Shown: positions 20,036 to 28,457 of the stretch, in pieces
Numbering within the stretch: position 1 is the stretch's first letter
How the letters are laid out: every line of letters begins with the position of its first letter
Origin: an uncultured Sphingomonadales bacterium
Lineage (GTDB): Bacteria; Pseudomonadota; Alphaproteobacteria; Sphingomonadales; Sphingomonadaceae
Length of the DNA: 64,000 nt
Direction of reading: 5' to 3'
NCBI GenBank assembly: GCA_937898525.1
Contig: CALCBC010000066.1
Coordinates: forward strand, 31,101-95,100
Translations under genes and position numbers: made by a program
Notes under the pieces: generated by a model
The model's database searches: none
What the model saw: only the letters and a program-made list of their open reading frames with translations
Told to the model about the DNA's origin: nothing

Positions 20036-20365
20036 CTACAGATCCGTGTCGAAAGGCTCGCCTTCGCCACCGACCGGATAGCCGACCACGATCGAAATCG
20101 TCCCGTCGGGGGCGATCTCCACTCGGTAGGACGTGAGGCTGGCCTCCTTCGCTGCGCCGATGGCACGTGCGAGATCGTCGTCGCACCAGGTCCCCTTTCG
20201 CCCGCTGGCTGCGCCCGGCACCGGTATCACCGGCTCGGGAGCGATGGCGAAGCCCGACATCGGCCCTTCCGGCGTGAACGCTGGCTGGTCACGCAGGAAC
20301 TGCGCTTGAATGTGAATTGGGGTCGCGCCTTCCTTTCGCGCGGAGTCCCGGGTCGCCATGGGCAC
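20036..20365 (-). CDS. Small hypothetical protein, copy 2
   Basis: Paralog of 17887-18183 (DDDLARAIGAAKEASLTSYRVEIAPDGTISIVVG). AGGGGG RBS 6 nt before a GTG start. Confidence 0.7.
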   Translation of the reverse strand: MPMATRDSARKEGATPIHIQAQFLRDQPAFTPEGPMSGFAIAPEPVIPVPGAASGRKGTWCDDDLARAIGAAKEASLTSYRVEIAPDGTISIVVGYPVGGEGEPFDTDL

Positions 20366-20481
20366 CCAAATCCCCCTGTCGAACCCACCCCCGATGATTA
20401 TTCGGGTGGTGGGGCATCCTCTCCAGCGGACGATTATGCTTGCTTTGCTAACGACTTCAAGCAGGATTCTTCGCAGCCTGC

Positions 20482-20531
20482 GACAATTTCCGTTTCAGAT
20501 GAGACAATTTGCTACACTTTGTCCGTTGCGG
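20482..20531 (+). promoter_or_regulatory. Conserved promoter/operator block upstream of sulfotransferase 2
   Basis: Perfect direct repeat GACAATTT-N13-GACAATTT followed by GCTACACTTTG. Ends about 59 bp before the inferred start, as in copy 1. Confidence 0.65.
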
Positions 20532-20589
20532 CACCGCGCCGGATCGCCTCTCTGCGTCCGAACATTCAAGACGAAATAATGGTTTAGCT

Positions 20590-22098
20590 TTGTCCAAGCC
20601 TTTCGGGACCGACGGCACGCCCGGCACTGGACTGTCCGCGTCGGTTGCCCTTGTCGACCGGCTCCAGCGTGCGCTGGGGCAGGGCGATCGCGCGCAGACC
20701 GTGCTTGCCATCCGCCAGCTCGTCGAGTGCCGGGCACCGCTTGGAAACCAGTGGGAGCAGATTGCCTACATTGCCGCCGACAACGGCGAAGTGACGCTGG
20801 CTCGAGCCGCCATCGCGCTGTTTGAAAGCAGCGCCCGCGATCCCACAGTTGCAGCGCATCGCACGGCCGGACTGCTCGCTCACATCGGCGCATGGAATGA
20901 GTGCTACGCGGTCATGGACGCGCTTCCCGCTGCCGGGTCCGATCCGGTGTCGCTCGCGCACAGCAAGGGCACGGCCGCCTTGCATAAAGGCGATGTCGAG
21001 GGGGCGCGCAGCTTGCTCGAGCGCGCAGTGCGCATGCGGCCGACGTCGGCCCCGACCTGGCAAACGCTGGCGAAGCTGGTCGATTTCGCCTCCGAGCCCG
21101 AGCTCGTGAGGCTGTTGCTGGGCGCCAGGCGGGCGGTCGAGTCCGCGGATCCCGCCACCCGCGGAGTCTACGGCTTCGCCCTGGGCAAGGCCTACGAGGA
21201 TCTGGGGGAGCGCGCACGGGCCTTCGAAGCGTATGCCGAAGCCGGCAGGCATATCCGCTCGACACGACCGTATGATCGCGAGCGGGACCTCAAGATCGCC
21301 CACGAAGCGGTCGAAGGGTACACTCCCGAGAGCCTTGGCGCGATCGCGGGCCGGCAGACGGAAGACACGAGCGGCACCATCTTCGTGACCGGCCTGCCGA
21401 GGTCGGGCACGTCCCTGGTGCAGCAGATCCTGACGTCTCACAGCGCCGTCGGCGACGGAGCGGAGATCAATCGCCTCGGGCTGTTCGTGAAGGACATTCG
21501 CGGCCTTTCGTGGGCGGCGCTCGAGGCGTACCTCGGGAAGTGCGGTATCGTCGAAGCTGCGCGGCTCTGGCGACACTGGATGGAGGAGCGGTTCCCCGGA
21601 AAGGGACGCGTGGTCGACAAGACCGTCGGCAACGGCCGCGTGCTCGGGATTGCCGCCGCAATCCTGCCCGAGGCGCCCCTCATCTGGCTGCGCCGGGATC
21701 CGCTCGACTGCGCGTGGTCGTGCTTCAAGACGTTCTTCCTCGGCAACTTCCCGTGGAGCTACGACCTCGAGGACCTCGCCTTCCACTTCCGGATCGAGGA
21801 TGCGTTGCTCGCGCGCTGGCAGGCGATTCTCGGCGATCGGCTGCTGACAGTCCCGTACGAGGGTCTGGTGTCCGATCCCGAGACGTGGATTCGTCGGATC
21901 CTCGCGCACTGCCATCTCGATGAAGAGCCGCAGGTCTTCGCGCCGCACGAGAATCGCCGGGTGGTAGCGACGTCGAGCGTCATGCAGGTGCGCCGGCCGA
22001 TCAACCGCGCGGCCATAGGGTCGGCGCAGCCCTACAAGCCGTGGCTGGAGCCTTTCCTGGCGGAATACGAACGCGAGACCTCGCCCATATTGTCGTAG
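20590..22098 (+). CDS. TPR-domain sulfotransferase, copy 2
   Basis: IFVTGLPRSGTSLVQQIL, WLRRDPLDCAWSCF, SSVMQVRRPIN. Aligns with copy 1 over its full length. TTG start inferred from the alignment. Confidence 0.88.
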   Translation: MSKPFGTDGTPGTGLSASVALVDRLQRALGQGDRAQTVLAIRQLVECRAPLGNQWEQIAYIAADNGEVTLARAAIALFESSARDPTVAAHRTAGLLAHIGAWNECYAVMDALPAAGSDPVSLAHSKGTAALHKGDVEGARSLLERAVRMRPTSAPTWQTLAKLVDFASEPELVRLLLGARRAVESADPATRGVYGFALGKAYEDLGERARAFEAYAEAGRHIRSTRPYDRERDLKIAHEAVEGYTPESLGAIAGRQTEDTSGTIFVTGLPRSGTSLVQQILTSHSAVGDGAEINRLGLFVKDIRGLSWAALEAYLGKCGIVEAARLWRHWMEERFPGKGRVVDKTVGNGRVLGIAAAILPEAPLIWLRRDPLDCAWSCFKTFFLGNFPWSYDLEDLAFHFRIEDALLARWQAILGDRLLTVPYEGLVSDPETWIRRILAHCHLDEEPQVFAPHENRRVVATSSVMQVRRPINRAAIGSAQPYKPWLEPFLAEYERETSPILS

Positions 22099-22132
22099 CG
22101 CAAGAGGTGCGGCTGCCGCTAAGCCTCGACCA

Positions 22133-22942
22133 ATGCTCGCCGAGACCGCTTACGCCAAGATCAATCTCGCCCTGCATGTCAGGCGCCGTCGCCCTGACGG
22201 CTATCACGAACTCGAGACGCTGTTCGCTTTCGTCGACGCGGGCGACAGGCTGACGGCCCACAAAGCGGACCGTGACGAGCTGCGGGTAGTCGGCGAATTT
22301 GCCGATCAACTATCTGATCCGTTTGATAATCTCGTTATGGAAGCGCTCGCCGTCCTGCCGCGCCGCGACGGCCTTGCGATCACGCTGGACAAGGCGTTGC
22401 CCGTCGCGGCCGGCCTCGGTGGAGGCTCGGCCGACGCCGGCGCGGTGTTCCGTCTCGTGCAGGCCGCCCACGGCCTGCCCGACGAGTGGCGCGATCGCGC
22501 GGCCCGGCTGGGGGCGGATGTACCGGCCTGTGTTGAAAGCGTCGCCTGCATCGGGCGCGGCACGGGCACGGAGCTCGAACCGGCCGAGAACGACCTCGCA
22601 GGAGCCGGTGTGTTGCTGGTCAATCCGCGCGTGCCGCTGTCGACCGGGCCGGTCTTCGCGGCCTGGGACGGAGAGGACCGCGGTCCGCTTCCGTCGGGCC
22701 CTGCCTCGGTGATCGCTGCTGAAGGACGCAACGATCTCGAGCGCGCGGCGATCGCGCTCTGTCCCACCGTCGGCGAAGTGCTGGAGGCCCTGCGCGAAAC
22801 CGGGGCGAACTTCGTGAGGATGAGCGGCTCGGGTGCGACCTGCTTCGCCCTGTTCCGGCGTCATGACGTCATGCGCAAGGCCGCAGAAGAGCTGGCTTCT
22901 TCGCATCCGGGGTGGTGGCAGATGCAGGGCAACTTGAGATGA
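22133..22942 (+). CDS. ispE: 4-diphosphocytidyl-2-C-methyl-D-erythritol kinase
   Basis: AKINLALHV...DGYHELETLF, KALPVAAGLGGGSADA, RMSGSGATCF. Confidence 0.95.
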   Translation: MLAETAYAKINLALHVRRRRPDGYHELETLFAFVDAGDRLTAHKADRDELRVVGEFADQLSDPFDNLVMEALAVLPRRDGLAITLDKALPVAAGLGGGSADAGAVFRLVQAAHGLPDEWRDRAARLGADVPACVESVACIGRGTGTELEPAENDLAGAGVLLVNPRVPLSTGPVFAAWDGEDRGPLPSGPASVIAAEGRNDLERAAIALCPTVGEVLEALRETGANFVRMSGSGATCFALFRRHDVMRKAAEELASSHPGWWQMQGNLR

Positions 22943-23676
22943 GTTCTGAAATCGAATTCGAGGCCTACCGCATCGTGGGCGAACCGCGTTTCGGCGGAAT
23001 CCTCGTCGTGTCCGACCATGCCTCGAATCGCGTTCCGGCTGACATCGACCTCGGGATCGATCCCGCGCTGCTGACCGAACATGTCGCGATCGACATCGGC
23101 GTCGCCGAGGTGGCGGCCCGCATGGCCCGGACCCGGGGCATCGCCGCCTTTCTCGGCAACGTCAGCCGGCTGGTGTGCGACTTCAACCGCGAGGAGGAGG
23201 CTCCCGCGGTAATCCCGCACTCGAGTGACGGGTATGCGATTCCCGGCAACCTGTTCGACATCGAGGGGCGCGAAGAACGCCTGGCGCGCTTCCATCGCCC
23301 CTATCATGAAGCGCTCGCGGCGCTGCTCGACGCAGCGCCTCCGGCGCTGATCCTGTCGCTGCACAGCTTTACACCGAGTCTCAAGAGTCAGCCCGAAGAG
23401 GCTCGTCCATGGCACGTCGGCGTCCTCTACAACACCGACGATCGCGCCGCGCGGCTCGCCATTCCGCTCCTCGAGGCCGAGGGGCTCGTGGTCGGCGACC
23501 AGCAGCCCTATTCGGGCACCCTGCTCAATGCGTCCATGAACCGGCATGCCGAGGCGGAGGGGCGTCCCTACCTCGGCGTCGAGGTCCGGCAAGACCAGAT
23601 CGCAGGAGCGGAAGGGCAGGCGCTCTGGGCCGAGCGGCTGGTACGAATCGCGAATGCCGTGGCGATCGCGCTCTAG
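22939..23676 (+). CDS. N-formylglutamate amidohydrolase family protein
   Basis: DHASNRVP, HVAIDIG, SRLVCDFNR, PYH, SLHSFTP, EVRQD. ATG 22939 overlaps the ispE stop. Confidence 0.88.
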   Translation: MSSEIEFEAYRIVGEPRFGGILVVSDHASNRVPADIDLGIDPALLTEHVAIDIGVAEVAARMARTRGIAAFLGNVSRLVCDFNREEEAPAVIPHSSDGYAIPGNLFDIEGREERLARFHRPYHEALAALLDAAPPALILSLHSFTPSLKSQPEEARPWHVGVLYNTDDRAARLAIPLLEAEGLVVGDQQPYSGTLLNASMNRHAEAEGRPYLGVEVRQDQIAGAEGQALWAERLVRIANAVAIAL

Positions 23677-23770
23677 CGCCGGCCGCACGGTCGACGAAAG
23701 CAGTCCTTGACCCGCGCCGCCAACCCCGCGAAGGCGCGGGCCATGTAACATTCATGCCTGTGGAAGCCCG

Positions 23771-25492
23771 ATGACTCACCGTTTCGACAAGTCCCGCCTG
23801 CCCAGCCGCCACGTTTCGGTCGGCCCTGAAAAGGCGCCGCAGCGCAGCTACTACTACGCGATGGGCATGACCGAGGAGGACATTGCCCGACCGTTCGTCG
23901 CGGTCGTCTCGGCTGGCAACGACAGTGCACCCTGCAACACCGCGCTCGACTTCCAGGCCGACATCTGCCGCGAGGGCGTGAAGGAAGGTGGAGGTACGCC
24001 ACGGCGGTTCAACACCATCACCGTGACCGACGGCATCGCGATGGGCCACCAGGGCATGCGTTCGAGCCTCGTCAGCCGGGAAGTGATCGCGGACTCGATC
24101 GAGCTCTCGGTCCGCGGGCACTGTTACGACGCGATCGTCGGCTTCGCCGGGTGCGACAAGAGCCTGCCGGGCATGATGATGGCCATGCTGCGGCTCAACG
24201 TGCCGTCGATCTTCGTCTACGGCGGTTCGATCCTGCCGGGTCGCTACCAGGACCGCGACCTGACGGTCCAGGACGTATTCGAAGTCGTCGGCCGCTGGAG
24301 CTCGGGCGCCTGTCCGCTGTCGGAAGTGTCGGCGATCGAGAAGGCCGCCTGCCCCGGGCACGGCGCGTGCGGTGGTCAGTACACCGCCAACACCATGGCC
24401 TGCGTCGGCGAGGCGATAGGGTTGTCGTTACCCAACAGCAATATGGCTCCGGCTCCCTACAAGTCGCGCGAAGAGATCGCCCGGGCGGCGGGGCGGCAGG
24501 TGATGGCGCTGCTCGAACGCAACCTGCGCCCGCGCGACATCTGTACACGCGCCGCCTTCGAGAACGCGGCTCGCGTCGTTGCGGCGACGGGCGGCTCCAC
24601 CAATGGCGCGCTGCACCTGCCGGCCATGGCGCACGAGTGCGGCATCGAGTTCGACCTTTTCGACGTCGCTGAGATATTCAAGTCAACGCCTTACATCGCT
24701 GACCTGAAACCGGGTGGAAGGTACGTCGCGAAGGACATGCACGAGGCCGGCGGCGTCTACATGGTGATGAAGACACTGCTCGCCGCGGGCCTGATCGATC
24801 CCGAGCCGCTCACGGTGACGGGCAAGACGCTCGGCGAGAACATCGAGGAGATCACCTGGAACCCTGACCAGAAGGTGATCTACGACGCGAAGGCGCCGAT
24901 TACCCCGACCGGCGGGGTCGTCGGGCTGCGCGGCTCGCTCGCGCCCGACGGGGCGATCGTCAAGGTCGCCGGCATGAAGCGGCTGCAGTTCCGCGGACCG
25001 GCCCAGGTGTTCGAGTGCGAGGAAGACGCCTTCGCCGCGGTCGAGGCGCGCCAGATCCGCGAGGGCGCCGTCGTCGTCATCCGCAACGAGGGCCCGAAGG
25101 GCGGTCCGGGCATGCGCGAGATGCTCGCCACCACCGCCGCGCTCTACGGGCAGGGCATGGGCGAGAAGGTGGCGCTGATCACCGACGGCCGCTTCTCCGG
25201 CGCGACGCGCGGGTTCTGCATCGGCCACGTCGGCCCCGAGGCGGCGGAGGGCGGGCCGATCGCGCTGGTCGAGGACGGCGACATGATCGCGATCGACGCC
25301 GAGGCCGGCACGATCGAGCTCGAGGTCGACGAGGCCACGCTGGCCGAGCGGCGCAAGGCATGGAAGCCGCGAGGGCACGACTACAATGCCGGGGCCCTGT
25401 GGCGCTATGCGCAGACCGTGGGCCCGGCCTATAAGGGTGCCGTGACGCATCCGGGTGCCGCGGCCGAAACGCATGTCTACGCCGATATCTGA
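23771..25492 (+). CDS. ilvD: Dihydroxy-acid dehydratase
   Basis: [49 protein letters not shown]. Confidence 0.97.
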   Translation: MTHRFDKSRLPSRHVSVGPEKAPQRSYYYAMGMTEEDIARPFVAVVSAGNDSAPCNTALDFQADICREGVKEGGGTPRRFNTITVTDGIAMGHQGMRSSLVSREVIADSIELSVRGHCYDAIVGFAGCDKSLPGMMMAMLRLNVPSIFVYGGSILPGRYQDRDLTVQDVFEVVGRWSSGACPLSEVSAIEKAACPGHGACGGQYTANTMACVGEAIGLSLPNSNMAPAPYKSREEIARAAGRQVMALLERNLRPRDICTRAAFENAARVVAATGGSTNGALHLPAMAHECGIEFDLFDVAEIFKSTPYIADLKPGGRYVAKDMHEAGGVYMVMKTLLAAGLIDPEPLTVTGKTLGENIEEITWNPDQKVIYDAKAPITPTGGVVGLRGSLAPDGAIVKVAGMKRLQFRGPAQVFECEEDAFAAVEARQIREGAVVVIRNEGPKGGPGMREMLATTAALYGQGMGEKVALITDGRFSGATRGFCIGHVGPEAAEGGPIALVEDGDMIAIDAEAGTIELEVDEATLAERRKAWKPRGHDYNAGALWRYAQTVGPAYKGAVTHPGAAAETHVYADI

Positions 25493-25877
25493 CCGTCGCA
25501 GAAGGCTGCTGGGGCGCGCAGGAACGGTCGCTTTCGTCCTCGCAGTGCTGGCGGCCTGTTCGCGGCAGGAAAGCGCGGGCGAAGCCCCCGACGCGTCGCG
25601 GGAACCTTCCGCAGCCGTCGAGTGCGCCGTCAATGGCGCGCTCGGCTTCACCCCGGACTGCACCGCCGAGCGCCTCTCGGTCGACGGTACCCCGGTCCTC
25701 GTCGTTCGCCACGCCGACGGCGGTTTCCGTCGCTTCGAGGTGATGCCCGAGGGGCGTCTCGTCGCCGCGGACGGCACGCTCGAGCCCGCCGTGCTGCGCA
25801 GCGGCGACTGGCTCGAGGTGACGATCGGCTCGGACCGTTACCGGCTCGATCCGGCCCTGGTCGATGACGACTCCTGA
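25473..25877 (+). CDS. Hypothetical lipoprotein
   Basis: Basic N-terminus, hydrophobic stretch and LAAC lipobox; HADGGFRRF motif. Overlaps both ilvD and nnr. Confidence 0.65.
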   Translation: MSTPISDRRRRLLGRAGTVAFVLAVLAACSRQESAGEAPDASREPSAAVECAVNGALGFTPDCTAERLSVDGTPVLVVRHADGGFRRFEVMPEGRLVAADGTLEPAVLRSGDWLEVTIGSDRYRLDPALVDDDS

Positions 25878-27255
25878 CATCCAGGTCCTCACCGTGGCGC
25901 AGATGCGCGCGGCCGAACAGGCGCTGATCGACGGCGGAGAGACCGTCGAGAGCCTGATGGAGCGTGCCGGGAAGGGCGTGGCCGACTGGGTGTACCGTAT
26001 CGCTGCCGGCCGCCCCGTGACCGTGCTGTGCGGGCCGGGCAACAACGGCGGCGACGGCTACGTGATTGCGCGCGAACTGGGCCGCCGGGGGCTCGAGGTG
26101 ACCGTCGTTGCGCCGATGGAGCCCGGTACCGCCGCGGCGAAGGCGGCTCGCGCGTCGTGGGGGGGGGAGGTCGAGGCTGAGGGGCGCGGGGGCGTGCTGG
26201 TCGACGCGCTGTTCGGTAGCGGGCTCACCCGGCCGCTTTCCGGGCCGCTGTTCGCCCAGCTTCGTGCCGAGGCAGCACGGCATGCCCTGTGCGTCGCGGT
26301 CGACGTTCCAAGTGGAATCGACAGCGATACGGGGGCAGCGCTCAACGACGGCCTGCCGCGCTACGATCTCACAGTCGCGCTCGGGGCGTGGAAGCCCGCA
26401 CACGCGCTGATGCCGGCGATGGACCTGATCGGAGAGATCCGCCTGGTCCCGATCGGTGTCGAGCCGGTCGCCGGGGCGGCGCAGATGGTCGGCCGGCCGA
26501 GCTTGCCCGCGCCGGGGCGCACCGATCACAAGTATACCCGCGGCCTCGTGCTGGTCGTCGAAGGGCCGATGAGCGGGGCCGCACAGCTGGTCTGCCAGGG
26601 GGCGATGCACGCCGGTGCCGGCGCGGTGCGGCTGTCGACCGAACGCAGCCATCCGTCCCTGCCGCCCGACGTCGTGCTGCGCAGTGAAACGCTGGCCGAG
26701 CTGCTCGAGGACCGCAGAACCGGCGCGGTCGTCGTCGGACCCGGTCTCGGGCGCGACGACAAGGCGCGAGCCCGCCTCGAGACGGTCCTCGCGGCCCGCC
26801 GGCCGAGCGTGATCGATGCCGATGCGCTCGCGCTGCTGACACCCGAACGTTTGTCGGGGTTCGACGCCCCGTTGGTCCTTACCCCGCACGCAGGGGAGAT
26901 GGCGTCGCTCGCCCGCAGCTTCGGTCTCGCCGAGCAGGCCAAGGTCGAACAGGCGCTCTCGCTTGCCCGCTCGGCGCGCGCGGTCGTGATCTCGAAGGGG
27001 CCCGACAGCGTGATCGCGGCTCCGGACGGGCGGGTCGGTTTCCTGCGCTCGGCGACGAGCTGGCTCTCGGTCGGCGGCAGCGGCGACGTGCTGTCGGGCA
27101 TTGTCGCCAGTCGCCTCGCGGCGACCCGCGACCCCTGGCGCGCGGCCTGCGAGGGCGCCTGGCTGCACGTCGAGGCGGGCAGGCTGGCAGGTCCGGCTTT
27201 CGTCGCCTCGGAACTGGCGCAGCGCGTGTCCGAGGCCTACGCCGCCGCGCTGTGA
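25864..27255 (+). CDS. nnr: Bifunctional NAD(P)H-hydrate epimerase/dehydratase (YjeF)
   Basis: LMERAG, CGPGNNGGDG, DALFGSGL, VGPGLG, DADAL, LTPHAGE, GGSGDVLSG. Confidence 0.92.
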   Translation: MTTPDIQVLTVAQMRAAEQALIDGGETVESLMERAGKGVADWVYRIAAGRPVTVLCGPGNNGGDGYVIARELGRRGLEVTVVAPMEPGTAAAKAARASWGGEVEAEGRGGVLVDALFGSGLTRPLSGPLFAQLRAEAARHALCVAVDVPSGIDSDTGAALNDGLPRYDLTVALGAWKPAHALMPAMDLIGEIRLVPIGVEPVAGAAQMVGRPSLPAPGRTDHKYTRGLVLVVEGPMSGAAQLVCQGAMHAGAGAVRLSTERSHPSLPPDVVLRSETLAELLEDRRTGAVVVGPGLGRDDKARARLETVLAARRPSVIDADALALLTPERLSGFDAPLVLTPHAGEMASLARSFGLAEQAKVEQALSLARSARAVVISKGPDSVIAAPDGRVGFLRSATSWLSVGGSGDVLSGIVASRLAATRDPWRAACEGAWLHVEAGRLAGPAFVASELAQRVSEAYAAAL

Positions 27256-28448
27256 GCGAATCCGAGGAAATCGTCCGCGTCGCCGCCCGGGGCGATGGCG
27301 TCACCGCGTCAGGCCGCCATGTGCCGCTCGCCGCGCCGGGCGACGTGGTGCTCGCCGACGGCGCTCTGCAACCCGGGCCGCACCGCGTCGAGCCGCCGTG
27401 CCGCCATTTCGGCCGTTGCGGGGGGTGCCAGCTTCAGCATCTCGACGAGCAGTCGCTGGCGGCTTTCGTCCGCGATCGGGTGCTCAACGCGGCCGAAGGG
27501 CAGGGGCTGACGCCCGCGCGCGTGGCGCCGGCACACCTCTCGCCTCCGCGTACCCGGCGCCGGGCGACGCTGCGCGCGGTCAATGGCGGCGGACGCCCGC
27601 TGATCGGCTTCAACGAAGCCGGCTCGCACCGGGTGGTCGACATGCGCGAATGCCACGTCCTCGCGCCTGAGCTGTTCGCGCTGGTCGAACCGCTGCGCAA
27701 GCTGCTCGCGCCCCGGCGCGAACGGTACCAGGCGGAACTCCACCTCGCCCTGGCCGATCGAGGCGTGGACTGCGCGATCAAGGGACTCGCCCTCGAGGGT
27801 CTCGAGCAGACCGAGGCGATGCTCGACTTCTGCCGCGATCACGGCCTCGCGCGCCTGACGCTCGACCAGGGCTACGGCCCCGAGGCGTTCTGGGAACCCG
27901 AACCGCTGACCGTGACGCTGTCGGGCGTGCCGGTCGACTTTCCATCGGGCGCGTTCCTTCAGGCCACCGCCGACGGTGAAGCGGTGCTGGTTGCTGCGGT
28001 GCGCGAGTGGTTCGCTGGCTGCAGCAGTGTCGCCGACCTGTTCGCCGGCCTCGGCACTTTCGCCTTCGCGCTCGCCGGATCCGCGCGCGTGACCGCCGCC
28101 GAGGCCGCGCGCGACGCCCATCTTGCCTGCCGCTCCGCCGCGGCCCGTGCGCAGGTACCGGTCGAGCCCCTGCACCGCGACCTGTTCCGCAACCCGCTGC
28201 AGCCCGACGAGCTTTCCAGGTTCGATGCCGTCGTGCTCGATCCGCCGCGGGCGGGCGCGCGGGAGCAGGTGATTCAGCTCGCCGCCAGCCAGGTTCCGCG
28301 CATCGCCTACGTCAGCTGCAACCCGTCGAGCTGGGCCCGCGACGCGCGCCTGCTGGCCGACACGGGTTACCGCCTCGCCGAGCTGCGCCCGGTAGGGCAG
28401 TTCCGCTGGTCGACGCATGTCGAACTCGCCAGCCTGTTCGTGAAGTGA
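27252..28448 (+). CDS. RlmD/TrmA-family class I SAM-dependent RNA (uracil-5) methyltransferase
   Basis: CRHFGRCGGCQLQH Fe-S motif, FLQAT, DLFAGLGTF, LDPPRAG, YVSCNP, HVE. Confidence 0.9.
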   Translation: MSESEEIVRVAARGDGVTASGRHVPLAAPGDVVLADGALQPGPHRVEPPCRHFGRCGGCQLQHLDEQSLAAFVRDRVLNAAEGQGLTPARVAPAHLSPPRTRRRATLRAVNGGGRPLIGFNEAGSHRVVDMRECHVLAPELFALVEPLRKLLAPRRERYQAELHLALADRGVDCAIKGLALEGLEQTEAMLDFCRDHGLARLTLDQGYGPEAFWEPEPLTVTLSGVPVDFPSGAFLQATADGEAVLVAAVREWFAGCSSVADLFAGLGTFAFALAGSARVTAAEAARDAHLACRSAAARAQVPVEPLHRDLFRNPLQPDELSRFDAVVLDPPRAGAREQVIQLAASQVPRIAYVSCNPSSWARDARLLADTGYRLAELRPVGQFRWSTHVELASLFVK

Positions 28449-28457
28449 CGGCCAGCC

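Noticed and set aside
17870-22133. Possible prophage or mobile-element origin of the duplicated module
   Set aside because: I found no integrase, transposase, tRNA target or flanking direct/inverted repeats, so it is not called as a mobile element.
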